From NCBI GenBank assembly GCA_041178365.1, contig JBEGVM010000148.1, positions 1-38,797 on the forward strand: 38,797 nucleotides of DNA, read 5' to 3'. Below the pieces are notes generated by a model that worked only from the letters and a program-made list of their open reading frames with translations, was not told the DNA's origin and made no database searches. This stretch comes from Gemmatimonadota bacterium (lineage in GTDB: Bacteria > Gemmatimonadota > Gemmatimonadetes > Gemmatimonadales > Gemmatimonadaceae). The position numbers and the translations under genes are program-made. Numbering within the stretch: position 1 is the stretch's first letter; each line of letters starts with the position of its first letter. This document shows, piece by piece, positions 1 to 9,211 of this stretch.

Positions 1-1006
1 CCGGTGGGCTCGACGGCGGTCGAGAGCCCGGTCGTACCGACACGGGACGCCCCGCCAGTTCCCGCAGGGCGTCACGCGCGGAGGGGCCTGACCCCATCGG
101 GATGGCGAGCTCCCATCCACCGACCGACGGCGTCGGCAGCGCGATTGCATCGAACGAGAGCCCCTCCAGCATCGCATCGCCGGGCGAGGGCATCGGGTCA
201 GCTTCGCGCTGCGCGTCCTCCGAGAAGTCGAAGGCACTCCCCATGGCGGAGAGATCGCTGACGCTCGCTGGCTCGGACGCGTCCTGCACCACCCAGACGC
301 CTTCGTCCTCCTCATCCACCGCCTCGGCTCCGCCAGCACTCGCAGGTTCAGCGGGCGCGGCCTCCTCGAACACGGGGATGGGATCGAAGTCCTCGAGGAG
401 CGGGAGGTCATGGAGCGCATCCGCTCTCTCGGAGTCGCCCCACGCATCCCGCGTCTCCGCTCGGCCCGTGGCGGCGAGCGCCTCCACCTCCGCGAGACGT
501 GCGACGAGGCGATCATCGCCGGGCGCCCGAGCGGTCAGCTCCCGATAGATCGCCGCGGCATGGTCCGGGAGCCCCTGCTGCACGTAGAGCTCGGCCATGG
601 TCTCGGTGACGAAGATCGGCGGAGGGGGCACGGGATCCGCGATGGGCGCCACCTCGTCCCTCACCAGCCGCTCCTCGGGCGCGAGTACTACCGGCTCATC
701 GATCTGCGGGGCGAATGGGAGGAGGTACGCGAGCTCATGGACGATCGGGTCGGTCGCATCCAGCGCCGAGGCGTCTCGCACGACGAGCGCGGCCTCCTCG
801 AGATGTCCCACATCCCGGAAGCAGCGCGCCAAGACGATCTGCCCGAACACATTGCGCGGCCGCTCGTCCAGCGTCGCTCGGATGACGCGAATCGCCTCGT
901 CGAGGCGGCCGGCGCGTCGGAGGGCCTCCGCGTACAACGCACCGCACCGCGCCGGATGCGCGTCGGCACGGAGTCGGAGAGCATCGAGACGGTCGAGATC
1001 GGACAT
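1..1006 (-). CDS. TPR-repeat protein with acidic/Pro-rich linker (partial; runs off the left edge)
   Basis: Not in the ORF track because no stop is reached. Hand translation from ATG 1006 gives MSDLDRLDALRLRADAHPARCGALYAEALRRAGRLDEAIRV..., then FVTETMAELYVQQGLPDHAAAIYREL (TPR-like helices), then an acidic low-complexity region. A good promoter lies upstream. Confidence 0.8.
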   Translation of the reverse strand, partial: MSDLDRLDALRLRADAHPARCGALYAEALRRAGRLDEAIRVIRATLDERPRNVFGQIVLARCFRDVGHLEEAALVVRDASALDATDPIVHELAYLLPFAPQIDEPVVLAPEERLVRDEVAPIADPVPPPPIFVTETMAELYVQQGLPDHAAAIYRELTARAPGDDRLVARLAEVEALAATGRAETRDAWGDSERADALHDLPLLEDFDPIPVFEEAAPAEPASAGGAEAVDEEDEGVWVVQDASEPASVSDLSAMGSAFDFSEDAQREADPMPSPGDAMLEGLSFDAIALPTPSVGGWELAIPMGSGPSARDALRELAGRPVSVRPGSRPPSSPP

Positions 1007-1054
1007 GCCGGGGGGCGCGGGGACGGGCGAATCGGGGCGGCGGCGCCCTGGCGC

Positions 1055-1084
1055 AAGGTAGCATCGCCCCGCCATGACGGTCAA
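1055..1084 (-). promoter_or_regulatory. sigma70-type promoter for the left-edge TPR gene
   Basis: Minus strand: TTGACC (1084-1079), 18-nt spacer ending in TGC (extended -10), then TACCTT (1060-1055). Confidence 0.6.
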
Positions 1085-1104
1085 TTCAGAAGTGCCCGTC
1101 TCGC

Positions 1105-1134
1105 TTGATTTTACGTCGCCGTGACGGGTAGGTT
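1105..1134 (+). promoter_or_regulatory. sigma70-type promoter for ppiD (back-to-back with the previous one)
   Basis: TTGATT (1105-1110), 18-nt spacer, TAGGTT (1129-1134). Confidence 0.55.
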
Positions 1135-1186
1135 TGAGGGTTATCTCCGTGCGGGACTTTCACCGTCAGCCTCAGGGTTCTCGTCC

Positions 1187-3031
1187 GTGCTGCAACAGAT
1201 GCGGGGCATCGCTAAGTACATCTGGATCTTCCTCTTCGTCGCCTTCGTCGGGGGCTTCCTCCTCGGGGACATGTCGGGGCTCATCGGCCGCGCACCGGTC
1301 ACGAGCGCCACGATCGTCGCCAAGGTGAACGGGGACGAGATCCCCTACCTCTCCTGGCAGAACCTGGTCCAGCAGCTCCGGCAGCAGCAGGAGCAGCAGG
1401 CGGGGCGCGCCATGACCCTGGATGACCAGCGCCAGCTCGAGGAGCAGGCGTTCGAGCAGATGGTCTCGGACCTCCTCCTGCAACAGGAGTACGATCGCCG
1501 CGGGATCCGCGTGAGCGATGCGGAGATCAAGCAGGCGGCGCTGAGCTCCCCGCCCCCGCAGTTGATGCAGAACCCCGACCTGCAGACCGACGGGCGGTTC
1601 GACCTCCAGAAGTACCAGCGCTTCCTCAGCTCGCCGGTGGCGAAGCAGCAGGGGCTCCTCGTGCAGCTCGAGAACTATTACCGGACCGAGCTCCCGCGCG
1701 CGAAGCTCTTCTCGCAGCTGATCGCCGACACCTACGTCAGCGACGCGCGTCTCTGGCAGACCTTCCGTGACGAACGCGACAGTGCGACGGTGCGCTTCGT
1801 GGCGCTTCGCCCCACCCCGGCTGAGATCGCCACCACCACGGTCGAGGACAGCGAGGTCAAGACGTTCTACGATCGGTTCAAGGACCGGTGGACCCGTCCG
1901 GGGCGGGCGGTGGTCTCACTCGTGACCATCGACCGCACCCCGTCGGCCGAGGACACCGCCGCGACCCGTGCGCGGGCGATGCAGTTGCGGGAGGAGATCC
2001 TCGCTGGCGCTGTGGGGTCCGCCTTTGCGGATGTGGCGCGCCGGGAGTCGGCGGATACCGCCTCGGGGGCCTTGGGTGGCGATCTCGGGCGCGGGGGGAG
2101 AGGGCGCTTCGTCCCTCCCTTCGAAGCGGCGGCGTACGCGCTGCGGCCCAATCAGATCTCGGAGCCGGTGTTGACCGATTTCGGGTGGCACCTCATTCAG
2201 GTGACCGACCGGAAGGGCGACACGCTCTCCCTGCGGCACATCCTGCTGAAGGTGGAGCAAGCCGATGCGTCGGCGACGGTGACCGATCGGCGGGCGGATC
2301 GCCTCGCGGCGATCGCGGCGGGCTCGAGCGATCCGTCGAAGCTGGACAGCGCGGCGGCGGAGCTCAAGCTCCTCATCTCGCAGATCCCGGTGCAGGATGG
2401 GCAGCGGGCCACCTACCTTGGACGCCCCGTCCCTGGCCTGACGGGGTGGGCCTTCTCGGGCCCCGTCCCGGGGGAGATCAGCGATCTCCTGGATGACGAG
2501 AACGGGTACTACCTCGCGCGGCTCGACTCCCTCAGTGTGGGGGGGCCGCAGTCCTTCGCCGTGGTCAAGGAGGAGATTCGAAGCGTCCTGAAGAGCCGCA
2601 AGGCGGCCGCTGCGCTCGCCAGCAAGGGCGAGGCGTTGCTCCGTGATGCGAAGGCGACCTCCCTCGCGGCCGCGGCCACCAAGGCGAGCACCGTCGCAGA
2701 CAGCGCGGGCCCTTTCACCCGATTGGGCTTCGTCCCCGGGCTCGGGTATGCGAACGAGGCCATCGGCGCCGCCTTCACCACCCCAGTGAATGGCCTGGGG
2801 ATGGTGCAGACCGATGAGGCGGTGATCGTGATGCAGGTCCTCGCGCGGACCGAGGCGAGCCGTCCGGAGTTCGATGCGTCAAAGGCCCTGCTCCGCGAAC
2901 AGGCCCTGCAGGGGGCGCGCGAGCGTCGCGTCCGCCTCTTCCTCGACAACCTCCGCAAGGAGGCGAAGATCGTCGACCGTCGCACCGAGATCAACGCGGG
3001 CCTTCGCCGGCAGTCGCAGCTCGAGCCGTAA
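1187..3031 (+). CDS. ppiD: PpiD/SurA-family membrane-anchored periplasmic peptidyl-prolyl isomerase/chaperone
   Basis: Probable GTG start at 1187 (MLQQMRGIAKYIWIFLFVAFVGGFLL, TM anchor); SurA_N-like domain (AKVNGDEI); parvulin motif FADVARRESAD...GGDLG...FVPPFEAAAYAL...SEPVLTDFGWHLI. Confidence 0.85.
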   Translation: MLQQMRGIAKYIWIFLFVAFVGGFLLGDMSGLIGRAPVTSATIVAKVNGDEIPYLSWQNLVQQLRQQQEQQAGRAMTLDDQRQLEEQAFEQMVSDLLLQQEYDRRGIRVSDAEIKQAALSSPPPQLMQNPDLQTDGRFDLQKYQRFLSSPVAKQQGLLVQLENYYRTELPRAKLFSQLIADTYVSDARLWQTFRDERDSATVRFVALRPTPAEIATTTVEDSEVKTFYDRFKDRWTRPGRAVVSLVTIDRTPSAEDTAATRARAMQLREEILAGAVGSAFADVARRESADTASGALGGDLGRGGRGRFVPPFEAAAYALRPNQISEPVLTDFGWHLIQVTDRKGDTLSLRHILLKVEQADASATVTDRRADRLAAIAAGSSDPSKLDSAAAELKLLISQIPVQDGQRATYLGRPVPGLTGWAFSGPVPGEISDLLDDENGYYLARLDSLSVGGPQSFAVVKEEIRSVLKSRKAAAALASKGEALLRDAKATSLAAAATKASTVADSAGPFTRLGFVPGLGYANEAIGAAFTTPVNGLGMVQTDEAVIVMQVLARTEASRPEFDASKALLREQALQGARERRVRLFLDNLRKEAKIVDRRTEINAGLRRQSQLEP

Positions 3032-3037
3032 GCGTCG

Positions 3038-3133
3038 CGCTCGCCCGCGAGGCGAGCGAACGAAGCGGGGGGCCGGCGCTGAGCGCCGGCCCCCCGCTTC
3101 GCATCCTGCGTCAGGGTGACCCCTCGGTCACCC
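3038..3133. terminator. Three tandem hairpins between convergent ppiD and tatA; likely bidirectional terminator
   Basis: 8-bp stem 3038-3045/3051-3058; perfect 20-bp inverted repeat 3061-3080/3082-3101; 8-bp stem 3114-3121/3126-3133; no U-tract. Confidence 0.65.
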
Positions 3134-3142
3134 GCTCTCCGG

Positions 3143-3388
3143 TCAGATCAGCCTTTTCGGCTCCTTCTCCACCGCGTCATCGTGCTGCACGGTCCGGCTC
3201 TCACCCGGCGGGAGCGCCTCGCGCTCCGCGGGGGTGGCGAGCTCACGCTGGACGTCGTTCATGTTGCGCTTGAACTCGCGGATCCCCTTCCCGATCCCCC
3301 CCATCAGCTCCGGAACCTTCTTGGCCCCGAAGACGACCAGGATGACCAACGAGATGAGGATGAGCTCCCCTGGACCCAGACCGAACAT
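3143..3388 (-). CDS. tatA: Twin-arginine translocase subunit TatA/TatE
   Basis: MFGLGPGELILISLVILVVFGAKKVPELMGGIGKGIREFK (TM, FG hinge, amphipathic helix); AGGAGG RBS upstream. Confidence 0.95.
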   Translation of the reverse strand: MFGLGPGELILISLVILVVFGAKKVPELMGGIGKGIREFKRNMNDVQRELATPAEREALPPGESRTVQHDDAVEKEPKRLI

Positions 3389-3399
3389 GGACGACCTCC

Positions 3400-3678
3400 T
3401 TAGAACAGCGACCGCGCGACAAGGTAGGCAGCGAGGACCCCGACGATGCTCAGCAACGAGACGTCGAGCGCGATGGGTCCCACCCCGATGCTAATGATAA
3501 TCAAGTCGAGGGTGAGGGGGCCCACGGCCGCCGTCATCCCTGTGGTGAGGAACTCCTTCACCGCCCCCGATGGCAGGAAGAGCCGGAGGAGATGCGTCAG
3601 GAAGCCCCCGACGATGAACCCGCTCGCCAGGACGATCGCGTGAAACTGCGGACGATGCTTCGCTGACCCCTGCGCCAT
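3400..3678 (-). CDS. Small membrane protein, DUF4321-like
   Basis: 92 aa and hydrophobic; pattern ...VGPLTLDLIIISIGVGPIALDVSLLSIVG; start overlaps the ispB stop. Confidence 0.65.
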   Translation of the reverse strand: MAQGSAKHRPQFHAIVLASGFIVGGFLTHLLRLFLPSGAVKEFLTTGMTAAVGPLTLDLIIISIGVGPIALDVSLLSIVGVLAAYLVARSLF

Positions 3679-4685
3679 CAGGCTCTCCGGTCGAGGACGA
3701 ACGCGAGCGCATCGGCGAGCGACTGCCGCACATCAGACGGGGGGATATCAGCCAGGGCCTCTTCTGCCTCCCCAGCCCACAGCTCCCCTTGCTGCCGCGC
3801 GTAGTCGAGTCCCCCGCACTCCGTCACGATCCCGACGACCTCGGCGATCGACTCGTCACTGGGAACGGGATCGGCGAAGAGGGCGTCCACCTGAGCGCGC
3901 TGGGCGCGCGACATCACCGGGAGGGCCGCGATCAGTGGCAGGGTGACCTTGTGCTCGCGAAGGTCGAGCCCGGTGGGCTTCCCGGTGACCTCCTCCTGCG
4001 CGGTGTAATCGAGCAGGTCGTCTGCCACCTGGAAGGCCATCCCCATCCGTTCGCCGAATTGGCGCATCGGCTGTCGGAACCGGGGGGCGCCCGCGAGCGC
4101 CCCCATCTCACAGGCCGCGCCGACCAGGGAGGCCGTCTTCGCCAAGATCAACCGCCGGTAATCCGCCTCGCTGAAGCTGAGCGCGTCGAACGACGCGAGC
4201 TGACGCAGCTCCCCGAGGGTCATCTCATTCGACGCCTGCGTGAAGACCCGCAGGGCCTCGAGATCCCCAAGGCGCACCAACTCCGCGATGGCTTTCGAGA
4301 AGAGGAAGTCCCCCATCAGGACAGCGACCTGATGGCTGAAGAGGGCGTTCAGCGTCGGCTGCCCGCGCCGCAAGACCGAATGGTCGACCGAGTCATCGTG
4401 AACCACACTCGTCAGGTGCACCAGCTCGCTCACCGCGGCGAGGGGGAGCGCCCGATCCTCAGGCGTCCCCTCGACCGAGGAAGCCAACAAGAGGAGCGTC
4501 GGCCGGAAGAGTTTCCCGCGCATCCCCCGGAGGTGGGCGTTCGCCGCCTGGACGATGTCCACATCAGCCTGGACGATACGCCACATCTCATCCGGCACAC
4601 GGTCGAGCCGGTCCCGGATCGGGGCCTGGATCTCGCGGAGCCCGGACAGGGACGGAGCGAAGGGGAGGGGGGATTCAGGAGTCAC
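3678..4685 (-). CDS. ispB: Long-chain polyprenyl diphosphate synthase (IspB/HepT type)
   Basis: GKLFRP; FARM VHDDSVDHSVLRRG; KTASL; SARM FQVADDLLD; GKPTGLDLREHKVTLP. Confidence 0.88.
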   Translation of the reverse strand: MTPESPLPFAPSLSGLREIQAPIRDRLDRVPDEMWRIVQADVDIVQAANAHLRGMRGKLFRPTLLLLASSVEGTPEDRALPLAAVSELVHLTSVVHDDSVDHSVLRRGQPTLNALFSHQVAVLMGDFLFSKAIAELVRLGDLEALRVFTQASNEMTLGELRQLASFDALSFSEADYRRLILAKTASLVGAACEMGALAGAPRFRQPMRQFGERMGMAFQVADDLLDYTAQEEVTGKPTGLDLREHKVTLPLIAALPVMSRAQRAQVDALFADPVPSDESIAEVVGIVTECGGLDYARQQGELWAGEAEEALADIPPSDVRQSLADALAFVLDRRA

Positions 4686-6901
4686 GGCGCGGTGCGTTCG
4701 AGCGAGGAGAGACGAGCGACGACGTCACGGAAGCGCCCATCGACGGCGAAGACCCTTTGATAATAACGTCGCGCGTCCTCTGGGGCGCCTAGGAATTCCG
4801 ACACCTGCCCCAACAGAAATAGGACCCCGATGAGCTGCGGGTCCGATACCCCGGGCTCTGTGAGGGCCCGCTCGAGGATCGCCTGCCCGACCGCGTGCTG
4901 CTCCTTGTCGATGAAGCAGCGGCCCAGCGCCTCGAGCGCGCGCAGACGGTGGCCCGCCGAACGCAGCGCCTTCTGAAACGCACCGATCGCGTCATCGATG
5001 AGCCCCATCTCGCGGTACGCCACACCGAGTTCGTAGTGTGCGGCGTGGTCCGCATCGGCCACCTGCGCCGAGATCCCCTGCGTGAATCGCGTGAGCATCC
5101 CCTGAAAATCCACCGGACGCGCCTCCGCCGCCGACGGCTCAGCGACGACGATGCGCGTGCTCCCCCGCTCGATGCTCTCCTTGAGCCAGTCGCCAAGGGA
5201 GACGAGCCCATCGTCCGCTCCATCGCTGGTCGGAGCGGGTTGCACCTGAGACATGCGTGACGTGCGCGTCGCGTCTGATGGTCGCGGCGACGCCGCGGGG
5301 GCGGGAGACGCGGGCACCGAGACGGGGCCGAGGGCGGCGAGCGCGGTATGGGCGCGCGGGTCATCGGGATCGATCGCGAGCACCCGTTGAAAGACCGCGG
5401 AGGCCCGCGACGGCGCGCCGCTGCGGACGAGCGCATCGCCCAGATCCAAGAAGGCGCCCGTGAGACGCGGCGCATCACCGGCGACCGACGCCACCTCCAC
5501 GCGGCGCTGATGGTAGCGTACGGTGTCCGGCGCGACACGCACCAGCTCCTCCGCGAGGGAGGCCATGCTCGCCGCCTCCCCCTGTTCCTGACAGAGCGTC
5601 AGCGCCTGTTCGATCTCCGCGAGCCCCTCCTCGCGTCGCCCCGCGTCCAGCAAGGCCTCGCCATAGGTCCGACGCAACAACCAGTCGCGGGGGCCCTTCC
5701 GAACCTGTGCCGCGAGCGAATCGACCGTCGGCGCAAGGGCGACCGAGGTCACTCGACGCGCTGGCATCTCCGCGCCAACCCCTCCGAGCGGTGGTGCCGC
5801 CTGCGACTCCTCGAACCCCGGGAGATCGATCAACGAGATCGGCTCCACGCCCTCCGGATCGATGAGCGGGAGATCTGCGATCGGGGAGGATGGCGCCTCC
5901 ACGATCGGCGCGGTCGCTGCGAGGACGTCATCGGGGTCAGCGACCGCGTCGGCGGACTGGACCGCCGCGCTCTGCCCGGGGTCCGGCGGGAGCTCACCGA
6001 GCAGACCCGTGCCCTCGAACCCATCCAGCAATCCCCCGCCCGACCAGGGGGCGTCGATCGGCGTCAGCGCTTCCAATCCGAACTCGGATTGCGCGGGGGC
6101 CGGCTGCCCGAGGAACCCACGCTCCGGCGGTGGCAACAGGAGCTCGTGCTCCTCTACTGCTTGGCTGGCGAGCATGACCCCGCCATCGAAGACCCCGGTC
6201 GGTCGCGGCAGGTTGGCCGCCCCGACATCGAGAAAGACGAGGCCGTCCGCCGAGGCCATCCGATCCTGTTGCACCACCCGCAGCTCCGCCTCGGGATCGA
6301 TCGCTCGAATCCGCGCGACGACGACGTCGGCGTCCGGGATCCGGCCCAGCCGCGTGAGCTGCGCATGCGCGAGCTGGAGCTGCTCGATCGCCTCATCCAT
6401 GCGGTCGGCATTGGCGAGTTGGTCGGCGAGCATGACCCGCACATCACTCTCTTCCGGGACGAGATCGGCGTACTCCTTGAGGGCACGGAAGGCTTCCTCG
6501 AGATCGCCCATCTGCTGCGTGCGATTGGCGTACTCGACGAAGTTCTGTCGCGCCTCGACCCGGAATCCCTTGGACGCCAGGATCCGTCCCAGCTTGTAGT
6601 AGACCACGGTGCGCCCAGGGGAGTGGCGCAGGATCTTGTTGCAGAGGGCGATGGCCGGGTTGTAGAACCCCCCCTCCGCATAGTGGTCGACCGCGCGCTC
6701 CCACATCGCGACCGCGTCCGTCGTCTCGCCGGACTTGAGGAGCAGGTCGCCGAGTCGATTGTAGAGCGGGATGTCGATCGGGTCGGCCTCGCCATTCTCG
6801 AACATGTCGACGATCTCGCGATACGCGACGATGGCGAGCGCCAGATCCTTGCCCGCCTCGAGATCGGCCGCGCGACGCTTGAGCTTGGCGATATCGGTCA
6901 C
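4682..6901 (-). CDS. Large cytoplasmic TPR protein, SgmX-like architecture
   Basis: N-terminal TPR cluster (LYNRLGDLLLK, AIALCNKILR), acidic Pro-rich linker, central TPRs, and C-terminal TPRs starting HYELGVAYREMGLIDDAIGAFQKA; no signal peptide. Confidence 0.8.
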   Translation of the reverse strand: MTDIAKLKRRAADLEAGKDLALAIVAYREIVDMFENGEADPIDIPLYNRLGDLLLKSGETTDAVAMWERAVDHYAEGGFYNPAIALCNKILRHSPGRTVVYYKLGRILASKGFRVEARQNFVEYANRTQQMGDLEEAFRALKEYADLVPEESDVRVMLADQLANADRMDEAIEQLQLAHAQLTRLGRIPDADVVVARIRAIDPEAELRVVQQDRMASADGLVFLDVGAANLPRPTGVFDGGVMLASQAVEEHELLLPPPERGFLGQPAPAQSEFGLEALTPIDAPWSGGGLLDGFEGTGLLGELPPDPGQSAAVQSADAVADPDDVLAATAPIVEAPSSPIADLPLIDPEGVEPISLIDLPGFEESQAAPPLGGVGAEMPARRVTSVALAPTVDSLAAQVRKGPRDWLLRRTYGEALLDAGRREEGLAEIEQALTLCQEQGEAASMASLAEELVRVAPDTVRYHQRRVEVASVAGDAPRLTGAFLDLGDALVRSGAPSRASAVFQRVLAIDPDDPRAHTALAALGPVSVPASPAPAASPRPSDATRTSRMSQVQPAPTSDGADDGLVSLGDWLKESIERGSTRIVVAEPSAAEARPVDFQGMLTRFTQGISAQVADADHAAHYELGVAYREMGLIDDAIGAFQKALRSAGHRLRALEALGRCFIDKEQHAVGQAILERALTEPGVSDPQLIGVLFLLGQVSEFLGAPEDARRYYQRVFAVDGRFRDVVARLSSLERTAP

Positions 6902-6907
6902 GAGGCA

Positions 6908-6937
6908 AAGCTAGCGGCCGAACCGCTGACAGGACAA
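6908..6937 (-). promoter_or_regulatory. Promoter probably giving a leaderless mRNA for the TPR-ispB-DUF4321-tatA operon
   Basis: TTGTCC (6937-6932), N18, TAGCTT (6913-6908), then 6 nt to GTG 6901; no Shine-Dalgarno. Confidence 0.55.
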
Positions 6938-6983
6938 GCGTTTGACTCGCTCGCTCCCGGCGCGTGCACCAATGGTCGTTGCG

Positions 6984-8240
6984 TCAGCCGACGTGTGCGG
7001 GATGGCCCCCGACCCAGGTGCGCACACAGCGCCGATCGCCATACCAGTAGGGGATCTCTCGGTGATCCCGCAGGTCGAAGAGCGCGAGGTCGGCCTGGAA
7101 GCCTGGTGCGACCTGACCGATCTCGTGTGCGAGTCCCAGGGCTGCCGCCCCATTCACCGTGGCGGCGACGAAGGCCTCCGCCACATTCAGCCGGAGCTGG
7201 CTGACCCCGAGCGTGAGGACCAATGGGAAATTCACCGTCGGGCTCGTCCCGGGATTGAAGTCCGAGGCGAGTGCCACCGGGACGCCCGCCTCGATGAGCG
7301 CTCGCGCCGGCGCCTGCTTCGGACGCCCGAGAAAGAGCATCGTCCCCGGGAGGAGGGTGGCGATGGTCTGCGATGCCGCGAGCGCGCGGATCCCCTGCTC
7401 CGAGATCGCCGCGAGGTGATCCGCGCTCGTCGCCCCGAGCTCCGCGGCGAGCTCGGCGGCTGCCCCGTTCTCGAGCTCATCGGCGTGCAGCTTGAGCTGG
7501 AGACCCGCGGCCCGTGCCGCGGTCAGAATCCGACGCGTTTCCTGCGTCGTGTACACCCCAGGCTCACAGAACACATCGCAAAACCGGGCGAGCCCCTCCG
7601 CCGCGACGGCGGGGATCATCTCCTGCGTCACCACATCGAGGTACGCGTCACGGGTCGCGGCGCTCTCGCGATGCTCGAGCGGGACCTCATGCGCCCCGAG
7701 AAAGGTCGGGACGAGACGCAGCGGGAGATCGGACGCCAGCTGCCGGATCACCCGGAGGGTGGTGAGCTCCGCTTCGAGCGAGAGGCCGTAGCCGGACTTG
7801 ATCTCGACGGTGGTCGTCCCATACGAGGCGATGCGCCGGAGGCGCTCGGCGGCCAGCGTCCGCAGCGCCTCTGGGGTGCGGCTCCGCAGATCACGCACCG
7901 AGGCATGGATCCCCCCGCCCCGACGGGCGATCTCGAGATAGCCGATCCCCGCCGCGCGCATCTCCTGCTCCTCGTAGCGCGCCCGACCGAAGATCGCGTG
8001 CGTGTGCGAATCGACGAACCCGGGGGTGAGCACCCCGTTCCCACAGTCGATGACCTCGGCCGTGGGGTGGGCCGCGCGAAGCTCCGCATCAGGCGCGACG
8101 GCTTGGATGGTCCCGTCTGATGCGATGGCGACCCCGACGCGGTCCCGCACCGCGGCCTCGGACTGCTCCGGGCCACGACGAGCCCGCGCCGGACCGGCAC
8201 AGGTCACCACCTGCGATGCGTTGAGGAAGAGCTGGGTCAT
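6984..8240 (-). CDS. hutI: Imidazolonepropionase
   Basis: Start ATG 8240 ([10 protein letters not shown]), overlapping the radical SAM stop; PGFVDSHTH, EIKSGYGL, FLGAHEVP, DVFCEPG, KLHADEL, SADHL, ASDFNPG. Confidence 0.95.
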   Translation of the reverse strand: MTQLFLNASQVVTCAGPARARRGPEQSEAAVRDRVGVAIASDGTIQAVAPDAELRAAHPTAEVIDCGNGVLTPGFVDSHTHAIFGRARYEEQEMRAAGIGYLEIARRGGGIHASVRDLRSRTPEALRTLAAERLRRIASYGTTTVEIKSGYGLSLEAELTTLRVIRQLASDLPLRLVPTFLGAHEVPLEHRESAATRDAYLDVVTQEMIPAVAAEGLARFCDVFCEPGVYTTQETRRILTAARAAGLQLKLHADELENGAAAELAAELGATSADHLAAISEQGIRALAASQTIATLLPGTMLFLGRPKQAPARALIEAGVPVALASDFNPGTSPTVNFPLVLTLGVSQLRLNVAEAFVAATVNGAAALGLAHEIGQVAPGFQADLALFDLRDHREIPYWYGDRRCVRTWVGGHPAHVG

Positions 8241-9211
8241 GGGGAGGCCACCAGATCGTGGAAGCGGTTCAGTTGCAGCGGGGCCTGCGCCTCCCCGCGA
8301 CACGCATAGAAGCAGCGATCACAGGCGATCGGCTCGTACCCGCGATAATCGCGCCAATGGCCGTCGGTTGGGAAATCGGGACACCGACGGATCCCACCGT
8401 AAGGGTCGATATGTACGGTGTCCTGCCCGGACTGACAGGGGGCCTGCAACACACCGGCCACCCAGCGCGGGATCTGCGAGAGGTAGTGATCGGAGTTGGA
8501 GATAGTCCCACGACGGCGGCGCTTGAATGCCAGGAGCTCGGCGACGAGGGCTCCGACGCGCTGGTGATGGGCCGGGCCGAGCAGGTGATCGCGGTTCCCA
8601 TTCTTGAAGTCGGTGTAGACCGAGAGATTCACCCCGACGCGCATGGCCTCCGCCGCCCGTACGATCGGCATGATCTCGTCGAGGTTGTCGTCCTTGATCA
8701 CGGTGTTGAAGCGCACCGTCATCCCCTCGGATCGGATCCGCTCCGCCGTCGAGAGGATCTTCGCGGTGAGTCCCGGGATCCCTCGGGCCTGCGCATGTCG
8801 GTCGTCGAGATAGTCGAGCGAGATCCCGAACTGACCGATCCCCGCCTGCCAGAGCGATCGCGCGCGCTCGAGACTCAACATCGCCCCGTGCGTGAGCACC
8901 GTCATCCACACGGGGGAGACGGCCTGATGCACCCCATGCACGAGTTCCTCGAGGTCAGCTCGGAGGAGGGGCTCCCCGCCCGTCCAGGTGATCATCATCG
9001 GATCGAAGGCGACGGCGGCATCCACGAAGGAGCGCAGCTCCTTCGCCTTCATCTCCGAGGACGTCTTCCAGTAGTCACAGAACGGGCACCGGGCATTGCA
9101 CCGCATCGTGACCTCGAAGTTCACGAGGACGGGTCGCCGCTGCAGCCGCAGTCGCGCGTACTTCAGACTGAACGGCAGGAGGTGCCAGGGGCGGAAGCGT
9201 GCGCTCAGCAA
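8237..9211 (-). CDS. Radical SAM protein with C-terminal SPASM/twitch-like Cys cluster
   Basis: Probable TTG start at 9211 overlapping the hutU stop; CNARCPFC (CX3CX2C); TGGEPLLR; ISLD; C-terminal CQSG...[10 protein letters not shown]...CDRCFYAC. Confidence 0.88.
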   Translation of the reverse strand: MLSARFRPWHLLPFSLKYARLRLQRRPVLVNFEVTMRCNARCPFCDYWKTSSEMKAKELRSFVDAAVAFDPMMITWTGGEPLLRADLEELVHGVHQAVSPVWMTVLTHGAMLSLERARSLWQAGIGQFGISLDYLDDRHAQARGIPGLTAKILSTAERIRSEGMTVRFNTVIKDDNLDEIMPIVRAAEAMRVGVNLSVYTDFKNGNRDHLLGPAHHQRVGALVAELLAFKRRRRGTISNSDHYLSQIPRWVAGVLQAPCQSGQDTVHIDPYGGIRRCPDFPTDGHWRDYRGYEPIACDRCFYACRGEAQAPLQLNRFHDLVASP

